The translations under genes and the position numbers were made by a program. A DNA stretch of 32,000 nucleotides, from contig OZ252279.1 of NCBI GenBank assembly GCA_965250005.1, positions 990,001 to 1,022,000 on the forward strand, given 5' to 3'. Shown here in pieces: positions 1 through 7,984 of this stretch. This stretch comes from Demequinaceae bacterium (GTDB taxonomy: Bacteria > Actinomycetota > Actinomycetes > Actinomycetales > Demequinaceae). The notes under the pieces are model-generated. The model saw only the letters and a program-made list of their open reading frames with translations, was not told where the DNA came from and made no database searches. The first letter of the stretch is position 1; the number at the start of each line of letters is the position of its first letter.

Positions 1-705
1 CCAGCGATCTGGCCGGGAAATGCCACTCAGAACTCGCAGGTTCTTGGCAACGGCAAGTGCGTGGCGGTCGATAAGCGCGGGCGGAACAGCCCCTTTGAGG
101 CCTGCCCGCGCGAGGGCCGCGATTCCCGGGGCCTCGTCGAGCATCCCGAGCGCCTGTCCCACGGCGCCGCCGTAAGTATCGATGTCCACTAGCACCACGT
201 CCACGCCGTTTGCGGCAGCCTCGGCAGCGAGATTGACGGCAAGCGTGGTGCGCCCGGGGGCTCCGGTCGGGCCCCACACCGCCACGATTGAACCCGCATG
301 GTCATCGGCCGTAGGGTCGGCCGCATCCGGCTCGGCGACAGTTCCCGCAACCGGGCCCGCGACGGCGAGCATGCCCGCGACGCCGCGCGCGATCGTTTGC
401 GCATCGACGTCGCGATCGAATACGAGCGAGATTCCCAATGCCTGTAGGGCCACATAGTCGTCGGTCGACGTAGAGACGCCTGCCACCGCCACTCCTGCCT
501 TCATCAACCGCTTGACCACGCTCCGGTCAAGCTGAGACTGTTCCGAAACCACGGCAATAGCACCAACTCCTGCTTCTGCTGCCGCGACCGCTTCAGCGAG
601 ATCCGCGCATCGGCGCGCTACGGCGATCGACGCCTGGGAGTCGATCGCTGCCGCGATCTCAGCCTCTCTGTCGCCCCGAACCGCGAGGATGACTCCGCTC
701 TTCAC
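1..705 (-). CDS. CpaE/TadZ-like ParA/MinD-superfamily ATPase (Ssd-like), 3' end beyond the window edge
   Basis: Not in the ORF track because it is open at the window edge. My translation from GTG 705-703 gives MKSGVILAVRGDREAEI...SIVAVWGPTGAPGRTTLAVNLAAEAAANGVDVVLVDIDTYGG...LSGISRPDRW. It has an N-terminal receiver-like domain, then a P-loop NTPase core (P-loop at 244-273). The start overlaps the upstream SAF gene stop (GTGA at 702-705). Confidence 0.75.
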   Translation of the reverse strand, partial: MKSGVILAVRGDREAEIAAAIDSQASIAVARRCADLAEAVAAAEAGVGAIAVVSEQSQLDRSVVKRLMKAGVAVAGVSTSTDDYVALQALGISLVFDRDVDAQTIARGVAGMLAVAGPVAGTVAEPDAADPTADDHAGSIVAVWGPTGAPGRTTLAVNLAAEAAANGVDVVLVDIDTYGGAVGQALGMLDEAPGIAALARAGLKGAVPPALIDRHALAVAKNLRVLSGISRPDRW

Positions 706-1331
706 GACGTCGCACTTCCTGCAATTCCCACGACCGTGACTTCCCCCTCGCTCGCGAGAGCGGCCAGGAAGTCGCCAACGTCTCGCTTGGGAACCATCAG
801 GTATACGGTCTCGACGGCGCCGCTCGAGAAGGCACCTGCGCGCCGTTCGACCTGGTCGACCACGAGTTCACCCGCAATCAGGACTGACTCCACTTCACCT
901 GAACCCGCGCTCGTAAGCCACACGTCCACGATTGCACCGCGCTCGATTCCTTGCGCCAGCGGGCGCGCCGTGGTCACGGCGATTGGCCGCGCTGCGAACG
1001 AATCAGGCGAGGCCAACGCGCTCGATGGAATCAGTTCGCCTGCCCCAACGACGCGCGTAATAACCATCCCGACAATCGGCTCGCCGAGCATGACGTATTC
1101 GCCAGCGCCAACGCGAACGTGAAGCACAGCCAGATGGTCCTCGGTGATCACAGTTCCAGGGGTCAGCGAGTCTCGCGCCACATACTGCGGATCCGTGCGG
1201 TCAGCGCCAGAGACAATTGATGCAGTCGCCATTACGGACACCGCGATGAGCACCAAGCCAATGAGTAGGCGCGGGTCTTTCCACCCGGGCCGCTGGAGCC
1301 TGCCGGCGATTGGTCGCTGCTCTGCGTCCAC
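702..1331 (-). CDS. SAF-domain membrane-anchored protein (CpaB-like)
   Basis: ORF 702..1406. I prefer the internal GTG at 1331, which is preceded by AGGGAGGG-caac. It has one N-terminal TM (LLIGLVLIAVSVMATASIV) followed by a SAF/CpaB-like beta-rich domain. It is translationally coupled to the downstream ATPase. Confidence 0.7.
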   Translation of the reverse strand: MDAEQRPIAGRLQRPGWKDPRLLIGLVLIAVSVMATASIVSGADRTDPQYVARDSLTPGTVITEDHLAVLHVRVGAGEYVMLGEPIVGMVITRVVGAGELIPSSALASPDSFAARPIAVTTARPLAQGIERGAIVDVWLTSAGSGEVESVLIAGELVVDQVERRAGAFSSGAVETVYLMVPKRDVGDFLAALASEGEVTVVGIAGSATS

Positions 1332-1438
1332 GTTGCCCTCCCTATTGCTGTGCGCCCATCCTGCCCGAGGTTGCGCTACCTCGCCACCGGAGTGTGGATA
1401 ACCCATGCCAGGGCGAGGCCGCGTGCGAGAATGGTGGC

Positions 1439-1684
1439 ATGTCGTCGCGCTTTCTCACCCTCGCCGACGTCCAGGAAGTCCTGAACGTCAACTCACAGCA
1501 GGCTTACTCGCTAGTGCGTTCTGGAGACCTCCCCGCGATTCAAGTGGGAGGCCGCGGCCAATGGCGAGTCGAGGGGGTCGAACTCGAGGCCTACATCCAG
1601 CGACAGTATGAACTCACGCGCGCACGCGCGGCGCGCGGCCGGTCAAGCGCGACCACTCGCGCCCAGTCATCTAAACGGAAGTGA
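1439..1684 (+). CDS. small helix-turn-helix DNA-binding protein, excisionase/MerR-like HTH_17 type
   Basis: ATG at 1439 inside ORF 1310..1684. Sequence is MSSRFLTLADVQEVLNVNSQQAYSLVRSGDLPAIQVGGRGQWRVEGVELEAYIQRQ plus a basic tail, the typical Xis-type winged HTH pattern. It is divergent from the SAF gene across 1332-1438. Confidence 0.75.
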   Translation: MSSRFLTLADVQEVLNVNSQQAYSLVRSGDLPAIQVGGRGQWRVEGVELEAYIQRQYELTRARAARGRSSATTRAQSSKRK

Positions 1685-2180
1685 CGCGCCGCACCTGAGA
1701 GAACGGAACGGCTACAGGATCCGCACCTTCCGTCTCCAGGTCCAGGTGGTCCGCTCCAACGCGGCCTACCCTTCCCCTCAGCTCCCCGCCCCCGGTCAGG
1801 ATTGTGACGCGGGCACGATCCCGCGCGAGAGCCCTGAGCGCGTGGCCGAGCGTCAGCCTGGCTGCGACCTCCCCCACTTGCGCCGCGCGGGCGGAAACGC
1901 CTCTCGCAGAAGCGATCGCGGCAACGGGAATCAGATGCTGCCGCGGACCATCATTGACGAGAACCCATTGCGCAGTGGCGTCAACGACGGTGCCGGATGT
2001 CAGCTCCCCACCTTCCAACACCAGCACCACCTGTGCTCCAAGCGAGGCGGCGAGGCGCGCGGCCAGCGTGATCGACGCGCGCTCTGCTGTAGTGAGCTCG
2101 GCAACCGAAGCTTCAAACTCTGCGGAATGGGCAGCCGCTAGCTGACCCTCGAGGTCATTGAACAATTCGATCCACCGCAT
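1671..2180 (-). CDS. conserved hypothetical protein with two tandem ~50-aa beta-rich repeats
   Basis: 169-aa ORF. It is the only long ORF consistent with the flanking genes. It contains an internal duplication (VVLVLEGGELTSGTVVD...IPVAAI versus VTILTGGGELRGRVGRV...VAVPFSQV). I recognise no family. Confidence 0.55.
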   Translation of the reverse strand: MRWIELFNDLEGQLAAAHSAEFEASVAELTTAERASITLAARLAASLGAQVVLVLEGGELTSGTVVDATAQWVLVNDGPRQHLIPVAAIASARGVSARAAQVGEVAARLTLGHALRALARDRARVTILTGGGELRGRVGRVGADHLDLETEGADPVAVPFSQVRRVTSV

Positions 2181-2253
2181 GGAGACACGCTACGGCACTT
2201 GGGTTTTCCACAGGTACCTCTCAACGTTGGACTTTCCGGGCACCACGTATACT

Positions 2254-2293
2254 ATCGAAATCTATCAAACAGCATCAAACAACATCTAAAGCA
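2254..2293. repeat. four tandem 10-bp-phased repeats ATCnAAAnnn in an AT-rich divergent intergenic region
   Basis: The units are atcgaaatct (2254), atcaaacagc (2264), atcaaacaac (2274) and atctaaagca (2284). They lie between the minus-strand gene start at 2180 and the plus-strand LysM gene start at 2299/2320. This is the only clearly AT-rich stretch in the window. Confidence 0.6.
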
Positions 2294-2298
2294 GGCGA

Positions 2299-2994
2299 GT
2301 GCCAACTCAAGGAGGAGTCGTGACTAGAACAAACGCACGCATCGCGGTTGTGAGCATGCCCCTGGCCGCGATTCTGCTCGCCCTACTGGGCGCAACCGAG
2401 ATACCCGAACTCGCACGCGGCCGCCAATCTGTCGACATGGTGGCGGCTATCGCGATCGGCACCATCGGATTCACCGCCGCCGTCTACCTTTCGCTTGGCG
2501 CACTCGCACTGATCGGCGCGAAGACTCGGCATACACGCCGCGTCGTTCGACGTTTCATGCCAGCTGGCTGGCGGTCGCTGGTGGCCATGGCGATCGGCGC
2601 GAGCATTGGCATTGCTGGGGCGTCAACCGCCTCAGCGGACGGTACGTCACCCGGCTGGGCAGGCGGCTCCGGAACCGACGCACCCAAAGACGTTGCCCCT
2701 GAGCTTGACGCGAACTCACCAAGTGCACCAATCGCCGCGACACCACAGGGGCCCGCGGATGCGCCCGACGCATCGCGGTCAGAATCCGAAGGGAAGCCCG
2801 CTCCACACACGGTGGTCCGCGGCGAATCTCTGTGGTGCATTGCCAGCGGACTTCTCCCTCACTCGGCGACAGATGCGCAAATCACTGCGACTTGGCGTGC
2901 CATCTACCGCCTCAATCGCGGCGTCATCGGACCGGATCCAGGCCTCATCCAACCCGGCCAAAAACTCACTCTGCCGAAGGGAAGTACGCCATGA
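2299..2994 (+). CDS. LysM peptidoglycan-binding domain membrane protein
   Basis: It has N-terminal TM helices, a Pro/Ala/Ser-rich linker and a C-terminal LysM motif (HTVVRGESLWCIASGLL...IYRLNRGVIGPDPGLIQPGQKLTLP). The start is uncertain: GTG 2299, or GTG 2320 just after AAGGAGGAG. Confidence 0.75.
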   Translation: MPTQGGVVTRTNARIAVVSMPLAAILLALLGATEIPELARGRQSVDMVAAIAIGTIGFTAAVYLSLGALALIGAKTRHTRRVVRRFMPAGWRSLVAMAIGASIGIAGASTASADGTSPGWAGGSGTDAPKDVAPELDANSPSAPIAATPQGPADAPDASRSESEGKPAPHTVVRGESLWCIASGLLPHSATDAQITATWRAIYRLNRGVIGPDPGLIQPGQKLTLPKGSTP

Positions 2995-3410
2995 CCGCAG
3001 TGCTCACCGACGCCCCCGAGACCCAGGCGACCGCACGCATCGTGCTCTCGCGTGTCCGCAACCCATACGCGCGCAAACGCAAATTACTTGGCGATCCCAC
3101 CCCGCTCGCTTGCACGATCGCAAAAACCTCAGTCGAGATCGTCCTTGGCCAGAGCGGGCTTGAGCAGCTAGCTCGATGGGTCACACCAGATATCCGCGTC
3201 GCGCTTGCCGAGCAACACGGACTTGCACGCCGCGCTGGGCTCGCAACGCCGGGGCCTGTCGCGATCCAACGTATTCGCGTCTGCAGAGTAAGCGACGTTG
3301 CAGCAGAAGTAAGCGTGGTCGTCGACGACGGAAAACACGTGCGCGCCGTCGCTGCTCGCTTCGAAGACGTGGGCGGGCGCTGGCAGGCGACCGCCCTCGA
3401 GATTGGCTAG
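2991..3410 (+). CDS. Rv3235-family protein (function unknown)
   Basis: ATG 2991 overlaps the LysM gene stop (ATGA at 2991-2994). The 139-aa product ends ...RVCRVSDVAAEVSVVVDDGKHVRAVAARFEDVGGRWQATALEIG. That matches my recollection of the secA-adjacent Rv3235 family. Confidence 0.6.
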   Translation: MTAVLTDAPETQATARIVLSRVRNPYARKRKLLGDPTPLACTIAKTSVEIVLGQSGLEQLARWVTPDIRVALAEQHGLARRAGLATPGPVAIQRIRVCRVSDVAAEVSVVVDDGKHVRAVAARFEDVGGRWQATALEIG

Positions 3411-3414
3411 CGCT

Positions 3415-6249
3415 CTACTTCTCGTTCTTGCCGTGGCAGAGTTTGTATTTCTTACCGGAGCCGCACGGGCACGGCGCATTTCGCACGGCGCCGGGGAACA
3501 CCTGGCCGTCGTCCGCAGCCTTGTGGCGCGTCGCCGCGGCGGCCTTCTTCTTCTTCGGTGCGGTGCCCGGTTCCGACGGACCCGAATAGCTCAAGTTTTG
3601 CTTGAGGTTGACGTTCCGGCCTCCGCCGGTCGAGGTCTGCGCCGAGGCCACAGGCGCGCGCCCCTTCTTCTGAGTCTTCGCCGCAGCCGCCGCGACCGTT
3701 GCCGCTGACGACGCCGAAATGGTTGTGCCCTGCGGCTGCTGGCCCGGAGGCGGGCCCTCGCGCTTCTCGATCCTGAACAAAATCTGGATGCTCGCTTCCT
3801 TCACCTGGTCGCTGAGCGCCTCGAACAGCTGGAAGCCCTCGCGCTGGTACTCCATGAGCGGGTCGCGCTGGCCCATGGCGCGCAGGCCGATGCCCTCGCG
3901 CAGGTAGTCCATCTCGTACAGGTGCTCACGCCACTTGGAGTCCAATACCTGCAGCACCACTTGGCGCTCCACCACGCGCATGGTGGTCTCGCTCAGGCGA
4001 TTCTCTGCCTCGGCGTAGCGCAGGTGTGCGTCTGACTGCCACTCGCGGGTCAGGAAGTCCCCGCTGAGGGCGTGCAGGCCACCGGCCTCCTCGACCAACT
4101 CTTCGGGCTTGACTGTCAACGGAATGAACTGGAAGAGCTCCTTGTGGAGCCCCTCCAAGTCCCAGTCGTCAGGGGCCCCCACGGCTGTCGCGGCAAACAC
4201 GTGGTCGCGGATCACGTCGTCAACGAAGCCAGCGATCTGCTCGTGGAAATCCTCGCCGTCAAGAACCCTGCGGCGCTCGGAGTAGATCACTCCGCGCTGG
4301 CTGGACATGATGTCGTCATATTTGAGGATGTTCTTGCGCGCCTCGTAGTTGCGGCCCTCGATCTGGGCCTGCGCGCTGCGCACGCCGCGCGTCAGCACCT
4401 TGGACTCGATGGGCATGTCGTCGGGGAACGCGCTGGAGTTCATCATGGTCGCGGCAAGGCCGGACTGGAACATGCGCATCAGGTCGTCTTGCAGCGACAG
4501 GTAGAAGCGGGACTCGCCCGGGTCGCCCTGGCGGCCGGAGCGTCCGCGTAGCTGGTTGTCGATGCGGCGCGATTCGTGACGCTCGGTGCCGAGCACGTAC
4601 AGCCCGCCCGCTTCGAGAACCTCAGCGTGCTCCTTGATGACGGCTTCCTGCTCCGACTCCAGCACCTTGTCCCACTGAGCCTCGTACTTCTCCGGCTCGT
4701 CGTGCGGGTTGATGCCCTTCTTGGCTAATACTTCGACCGCGCGGAATTCTGGGTTGCCGCCGAGCATGATGTCGGTGCCGCGGCCCGCCATGTTGGTGGC
4801 GACGGTGACGGCGCCCTTGCGGCCCGCCTCCGCCACGACAGCGGCCTCGCGTTCATGCTGCTTGGCGTTGAGCACCTCGTGCTTGATGCCGTTTTTCTTG
4901 AGTTCCTTGGACAGGCGCTCCGACTTCTCGACGGAGGTGGTTCCCACGAGCACCGGCTGACCAGCCTTGTTGCGGCCCAGGATGTCCTCAACGATCGCAT
5001 CGAACTTGGCCTGCTCGTTCTTGTAAAGCAGGTCAGCCTGGTCGATCCGAATCATCGGCTGGTTGGTGGGGATGGGGAGCACGCCCAACTTGTACGTCGC
5101 GCCGAGCTCCGACGCCTCCGTCTGTGCCGTACCCGTCATGCCCGCGAGCGTCGCGTACTGGCGGAAATAATTCTGCAGTGTGATCGATGCGTAGGTCTGA
5201 TTCTCCGCCTTGACCGGCACGCCCTCCTTGGCCTCGATGGCTTGGTGCAGGCCCTCCGAGTAGCGTCGTCCCTTGAGCAGGCGGCCCGTGTGCTCGTCAA
5301 CGATGTCGACGTCGCCGTTCTGGACCACGTAGTCGCGATCTCGTCGGAATAGCTCCTTTGCGCGGACGGCATTGTTGAGGAATCCGATGAGCGGCGTATT
5401 CTCCGACTCGTAGAGGTTGTCGACGCCGATGGCCTTCTCAACCTTGTCGATGCCCGGCTCGAGAATGCCGATGGTGCGCTTCTTCTCGTCCGCCTCGTAG
5501 TCCTCGTCCGCGACCAGCTGCTTGGCGATGCGGGCAAACTCGGCATACCAACGGTTATTGTCGCCGGCCGCAGGGCCAGAGATCACGAGCGGCGTGCGTG
5601 CCTCGTCAATGAGGATCGAGTCGACCTCATCCACGATCGCGTAATTGTGGCCGCGCTGGACAAGATCCTCGACGCGGTGCGCCATGTTGTCGCGCAGGTA
5701 GTCAAACCCAAACTCGTTGTTAGTTCCATACGTGATGTCGGCCTCGTACTGAACCCTCCGCGCCTCTGGGGACATGCCGCTCAGGATGCAGCCGGTCTCC
5801 ATGCCAAGGAAGCGGAATACTCGCCCCATCAGGTCGGACTGGTAGTGAGCGAGGTAGTCGTTCACCGTGACGATGTGCACGCCCTTGCCCTCGAGGGCCG
5901 CCAAATATGCCGGCAGCGTCGCTACGAGCGTCTTGCCCTCACCTGTCTTCATCTCTGCGACGTTGCCGGCAAACAGCGCAGCGCCACCCATGAGCTGGAC
6001 GTCGAAGTGGCGCAGGCCAAGCGTGCGAACGCTCGCCTCACGTACCGCTGCGAACGCCTCGGGCATGACGGAGTTCAGCGATTCGCCGCCTGCGACGCGC
6101 GCGCGGAAATCGTCAGTGAGGGCGCGCAAATCCGCGTCACTCATCTCTTCGTATACAGACTCGAGGCCGTTGGCTACGCGTGCAACCTTTGCGAGGGCAC
6201 GCAACTGGCGACCCTCACCAATGCGCACGATGCGATCAAGCATGGACAC
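3415..6249 (-). CDS. secA: preprotein translocase ATPase SecA
   Basis: 944 aa. Motifs seen: Walker [25 protein letters not shown], and a C-terminal zinc motif [18 protein letters not shown] 6249 lies 5 nt after AGGAGA. ATG 6243 ([12 protein letters not shown]) is the alternative start. Confidence 0.97.
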   Translation of the reverse strand: MSMLDRIVRIGEGRQLRALAKVARVANGLESVYEEMSDADLRALTDDFRARVAGGESLNSVMPEAFAAVREASVRTLGLRHFDVQLMGGAALFAGNVAEMKTGEGKTLVATLPAYLAALEGKGVHIVTVNDYLAHYQSDLMGRVFRFLGMETGCILSGMSPEARRVQYEADITYGTNNEFGFDYLRDNMAHRVEDLVQRGHNYAIVDEVDSILIDEARTPLVISGPAAGDNNRWYAEFARIAKQLVADEDYEADEKKRTIGILEPGIDKVEKAIGVDNLYESENTPLIGFLNNAVRAKELFRRDRDYVVQNGDVDIVDEHTGRLLKGRRYSEGLHQAIEAKEGVPVKAENQTYASITLQNYFRQYATLAGMTGTAQTEASELGATYKLGVLPIPTNQPMIRIDQADLLYKNEQAKFDAIVEDILGRNKAGQPVLVGTTSVEKSERLSKELKKNGIKHEVLNAKQHEREAAVVAEAGRKGAVTVATNMAGRGTDIMLGGNPEFRAVEVLAKKGINPHDEPEKYEAQWDKVLESEQEAVIKEHAEVLEAGGLYVLGTERHESRRIDNQLRGRSGRQGDPGESRFYLSLQDDLMRMFQSGLAATMMNSSAFPDDMPIESKVLTRGVRSAQAQIEGRNYEARKNILKYDDIMSSQRGVIYSERRRVLDGEDFHEQIAGFVDDVIRDHVFAATAVGAPDDWDLEGLHKELFQFIPLTVKPEELVEEAGGLHALSGDFLTREWQSDAHLRYAEAENRLSETTMRVVERQVVLQVLDSKWREHLYEMDYLREGIGLRAMGQRDPLMEYQREGFQLFEALSDQVKEASIQILFRIEKREGPPPGQQPQGTTISASSAATVAAAAAKTQKKGRAPVASAQTSTGGGRNVNLKQNLSYSGPSEPGTAPKKKKAAAATRHKAADDGQVFPGAVRNAPCPCGSGKKYKLCHGKNEK

Positions 6250-6307
6250 GTGTATCTCCTGACGTCAGACCTGGTTCGGCAACTATCGTAGGCGCTCGCG
6301 CCGGGTC

Positions 6308-7072
6308 TCACCGTTCATCTCGCTGAGGGCGCAAGATCAGCACCGCAATACCGAGCAGCGCGCCGCCCGCGATTCCGGTTGGCCCCAGCCGTTCCGCCAG
6401 CACGATCGCTCCAAGAATGGCGGCGACCAATGGCTCGAGAAGCGTGACGACGGTCGCCACCGTCGGTGTAACCGTCCGCAAGCCCGAGAGGAAGAAGACA
6501 TATGCCAACGCCGTCACCACAACGCCGAGCACAGCCACCAAAGCCCAGCCGGTCGCATCGGACGGGACCCCGATTCCCGCAAAGAAAGCAAACGGAACCA
6601 GCATGAGACCGCCGGCGGTGAATGCGGTACCGGTGAGCAGAACTGGCGGCAGACCGGGCAGCGCGCGTTTGTTCACTATCGTGATCCCCGCGAACGCGAA
6701 GCCCGTGACCAGCGCAAGCGCAGCCCCCACCAGTCCGTTGCGCCCAGAATCTAGCGAACCGCTCATGAGGAGGAAGAGGCCACTGAGCGCCAGCCCTAGC
6801 GCGACAAGCAACTGCGGGGCAGGCCGCCCGCGCTCGCGCGCCCATGTGTAGGCGGCGACCATGACGGGCGTCGAACCAATCGCGATCAGCGTCGCGAACC
6901 CCACGGACGTGAGGTTGATCGCCGCGAAATACGTTCCCTCAAACAGGGCCGTGAACGCGCCCGTAATCAGGATGCGACGCCACCACTCTGGCTTGATCGA
7001 TGTGACGGGCAATGAACGCCGAATGGCAAGCCAACCGATCAAGACGAGCCCGCCCACGCCCAGCCGCAACAT
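6308..7072 (-). CDS. EamA/DMT-family transporter (minimal ORF; the true N-terminus probably extends to about 7225)
   Basis: Polytopic Gly/Ala/Leu-rich protein with the EamA repeat pattern. The same frame stays open upstream to 7255. That extension encodes a typical EamA TM1 (DFAFVLAAATLWGTGGLVGKLL) but contains no ATG, GTG or TTG. See the finding. Confidence 0.8.
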   Translation of the reverse strand: MLRLGVGGLVLIGWLAIRRSLPVTSIKPEWWRRILITGAFTALFEGTYFAAINLTSVGFATLIAIGSTPVMVAAYTWARERGRPAPQLLVALGLALSGLFLLMSGSLDSGRNGLVGAALALVTGFAFAGITIVNKRALPGLPPVLLTGTAFTAGGLMLVPFAFFAGIGVPSDATGWALVAVLGVVVTALAYVFFLSGLRTVTPTVATVVTLLEPLVAAILGAIVLAERLGPTGIAGGALLGIAVLILRPQRDER

Positions 7073-7221
7073 GGCGACCGACAGCGGTTCGAGGCTCGAA
7101 TGATCGCCGAGGAGTTTGCCGACTAGACCACCGGTGCCCCAGAGAGTCGCTGCGGCAAGGACGAATGCGAAGTCGCGGGGACTGCCGGTCGCGCTCGCCG
7201 TGCCAACGGCGGAGTTCTTCT

Positions 7222-7905
7222 TCAGGCGCTTGCCCTCAGTTCTCCGTCTTCGGTGTCAATCGCGGTGGGCTTGGCTGGCGCGGCATCCAAGTGGATCACG
7301 CCATAGGTCCAGCCGCGACGGCGATACACGGCAGATGGCAGCCCGGTCTCCGCATCGTGGAAAAGGTAGAAGTCGTGCCCGACCAACTCCATCTGGTCGA
7401 TCGCTTCAGAAATGCTCATGGGCGCCCCCTCGTGGATCTTGGAGCGGATGACAATGGGGGTCCCAGCGAGTGGAATCTCGCGCGTGTGGTCGTCGGGCGC
7501 GCCTTCCCATGCCTCGACACTCACTACCTCAGGTTCAGTCGCCTCGAGCTCGACAAATACGTCGGGCGCGGGATTGACGCGGGACACACCCTTGCCGCGA
7601 TGGCGGCTGATCTTGCGTTCATGCTGCTTCCGCAGCCTCTCGACCAGGCGGAGCGCTGCGGCGTCCAGCGCCTCGGTGCGGTCGGCAGCTGTCGCCTCCG
7701 CGCGAATGACGGGCCCGCGACTACGGACGGTGAGCTCGACGCGCTCGCGCTCCTCCACACGGCGAGCATTGCGCTCGTGCACTACCTGTACGTCGATACG
7801 TGTGGCCTTGGGGTCAAGAGACTCGACTTTGTCGAGCTTCTCGGCAATCCGCTCCCGGAACTCTTCGCTGACCTTGGTGTGGCGTCCAACGATGGCGATC
7901 TCCAT
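7222..7905 (-). CDS. hpf: ribosome hibernation promoting factor, long form
   Basis: 227 aa. The N-terminal YfiA/S30AE domain is MEIAIVGRHTKVSEEFRERIAEKLDKV. The C-terminal dimerisation domain is PIVIRSKIHEGAPMSISEAIDQMELVGHDFYLFHDAETG...AVYRRRGWTYGVI. AGGAGGA lies 6 nt before the ATG. Confidence 0.93.
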   Translation of the reverse strand: MEIAIVGRHTKVSEEFRERIAEKLDKVESLDPKATRIDVQVVHERNARRVEERERVELTVRSRGPVIRAEATAADRTEALDAAALRLVERLRKQHERKISRHRGKGVSRVNPAPDVFVELEATEPEVVSVEAWEGAPDDHTREIPLAGTPIVIRSKIHEGAPMSISEAIDQMELVGHDFYLFHDAETGLPSAVYRRRGWTYGVIHLDAAPAKPTAIDTEDGELRASA

Positions 7906-7965
7906 GGCGAGTCCTCCTAGATGTGAGTGCAGAACGCGAGCAATCCGCGCTGCATAGTGACGGCG

Positions 7966-7984
7966 TTGGCGCCCTCCGCGCCAA
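7966..7984 (-). promoter_or_regulatory. stem-loop in the comF-hpf spacer/hpf leader (7-bp GC-rich stem, GGAGG loop)
   Basis: The plus strand reads ttggcgc-cctcc-gcgccaa. On the minus-strand RNA this is UUGGCGC-GGAGG-GCGCCAA. No U-tract follows it. It could be a comF terminator or an hpf leader element. Confidence 0.35.

Noticed and set aside
1439-1684. The excisionase-family HTH protein could mark a prophage or integrative element.
   Set aside because: No integrase, att-like repeats, tRNA target, phage genes or compositional shift occur nearby. The gene is embedded in conserved housekeeping synteny.
6246-6268. Perfect palindromes ACACGTGT (6246-6253) and CTGACGTCAG (6259-6268, CRE-like) flank the secA SD and start.
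   Set aside because: Palindromes of 8-10 bp are expected many times by chance in 32 kb. They have no partner sites, and they overlap the RBS, whose sequence is already constrained. I do not consider them supportable as operators without conservation data.
7012-7920. Long plus-strand ORF (302 aa) opposite hpf. Similar mirror ORFs occur at 5647-6291, 12106-13029, 20392-21597, 22297-23637, 28611-29336 and 30698-31594.
   Set aside because: Each lies antisense to a protein with unmistakable family motifs (HPF, SecA, MtrA, AhcY, PMM, glycosyltransferase, LCP). Their translations are R/A/G/P-rich low-complexity strings with no motifs. Such stop-poor mirror frames are expected in about 70% GC DNA.
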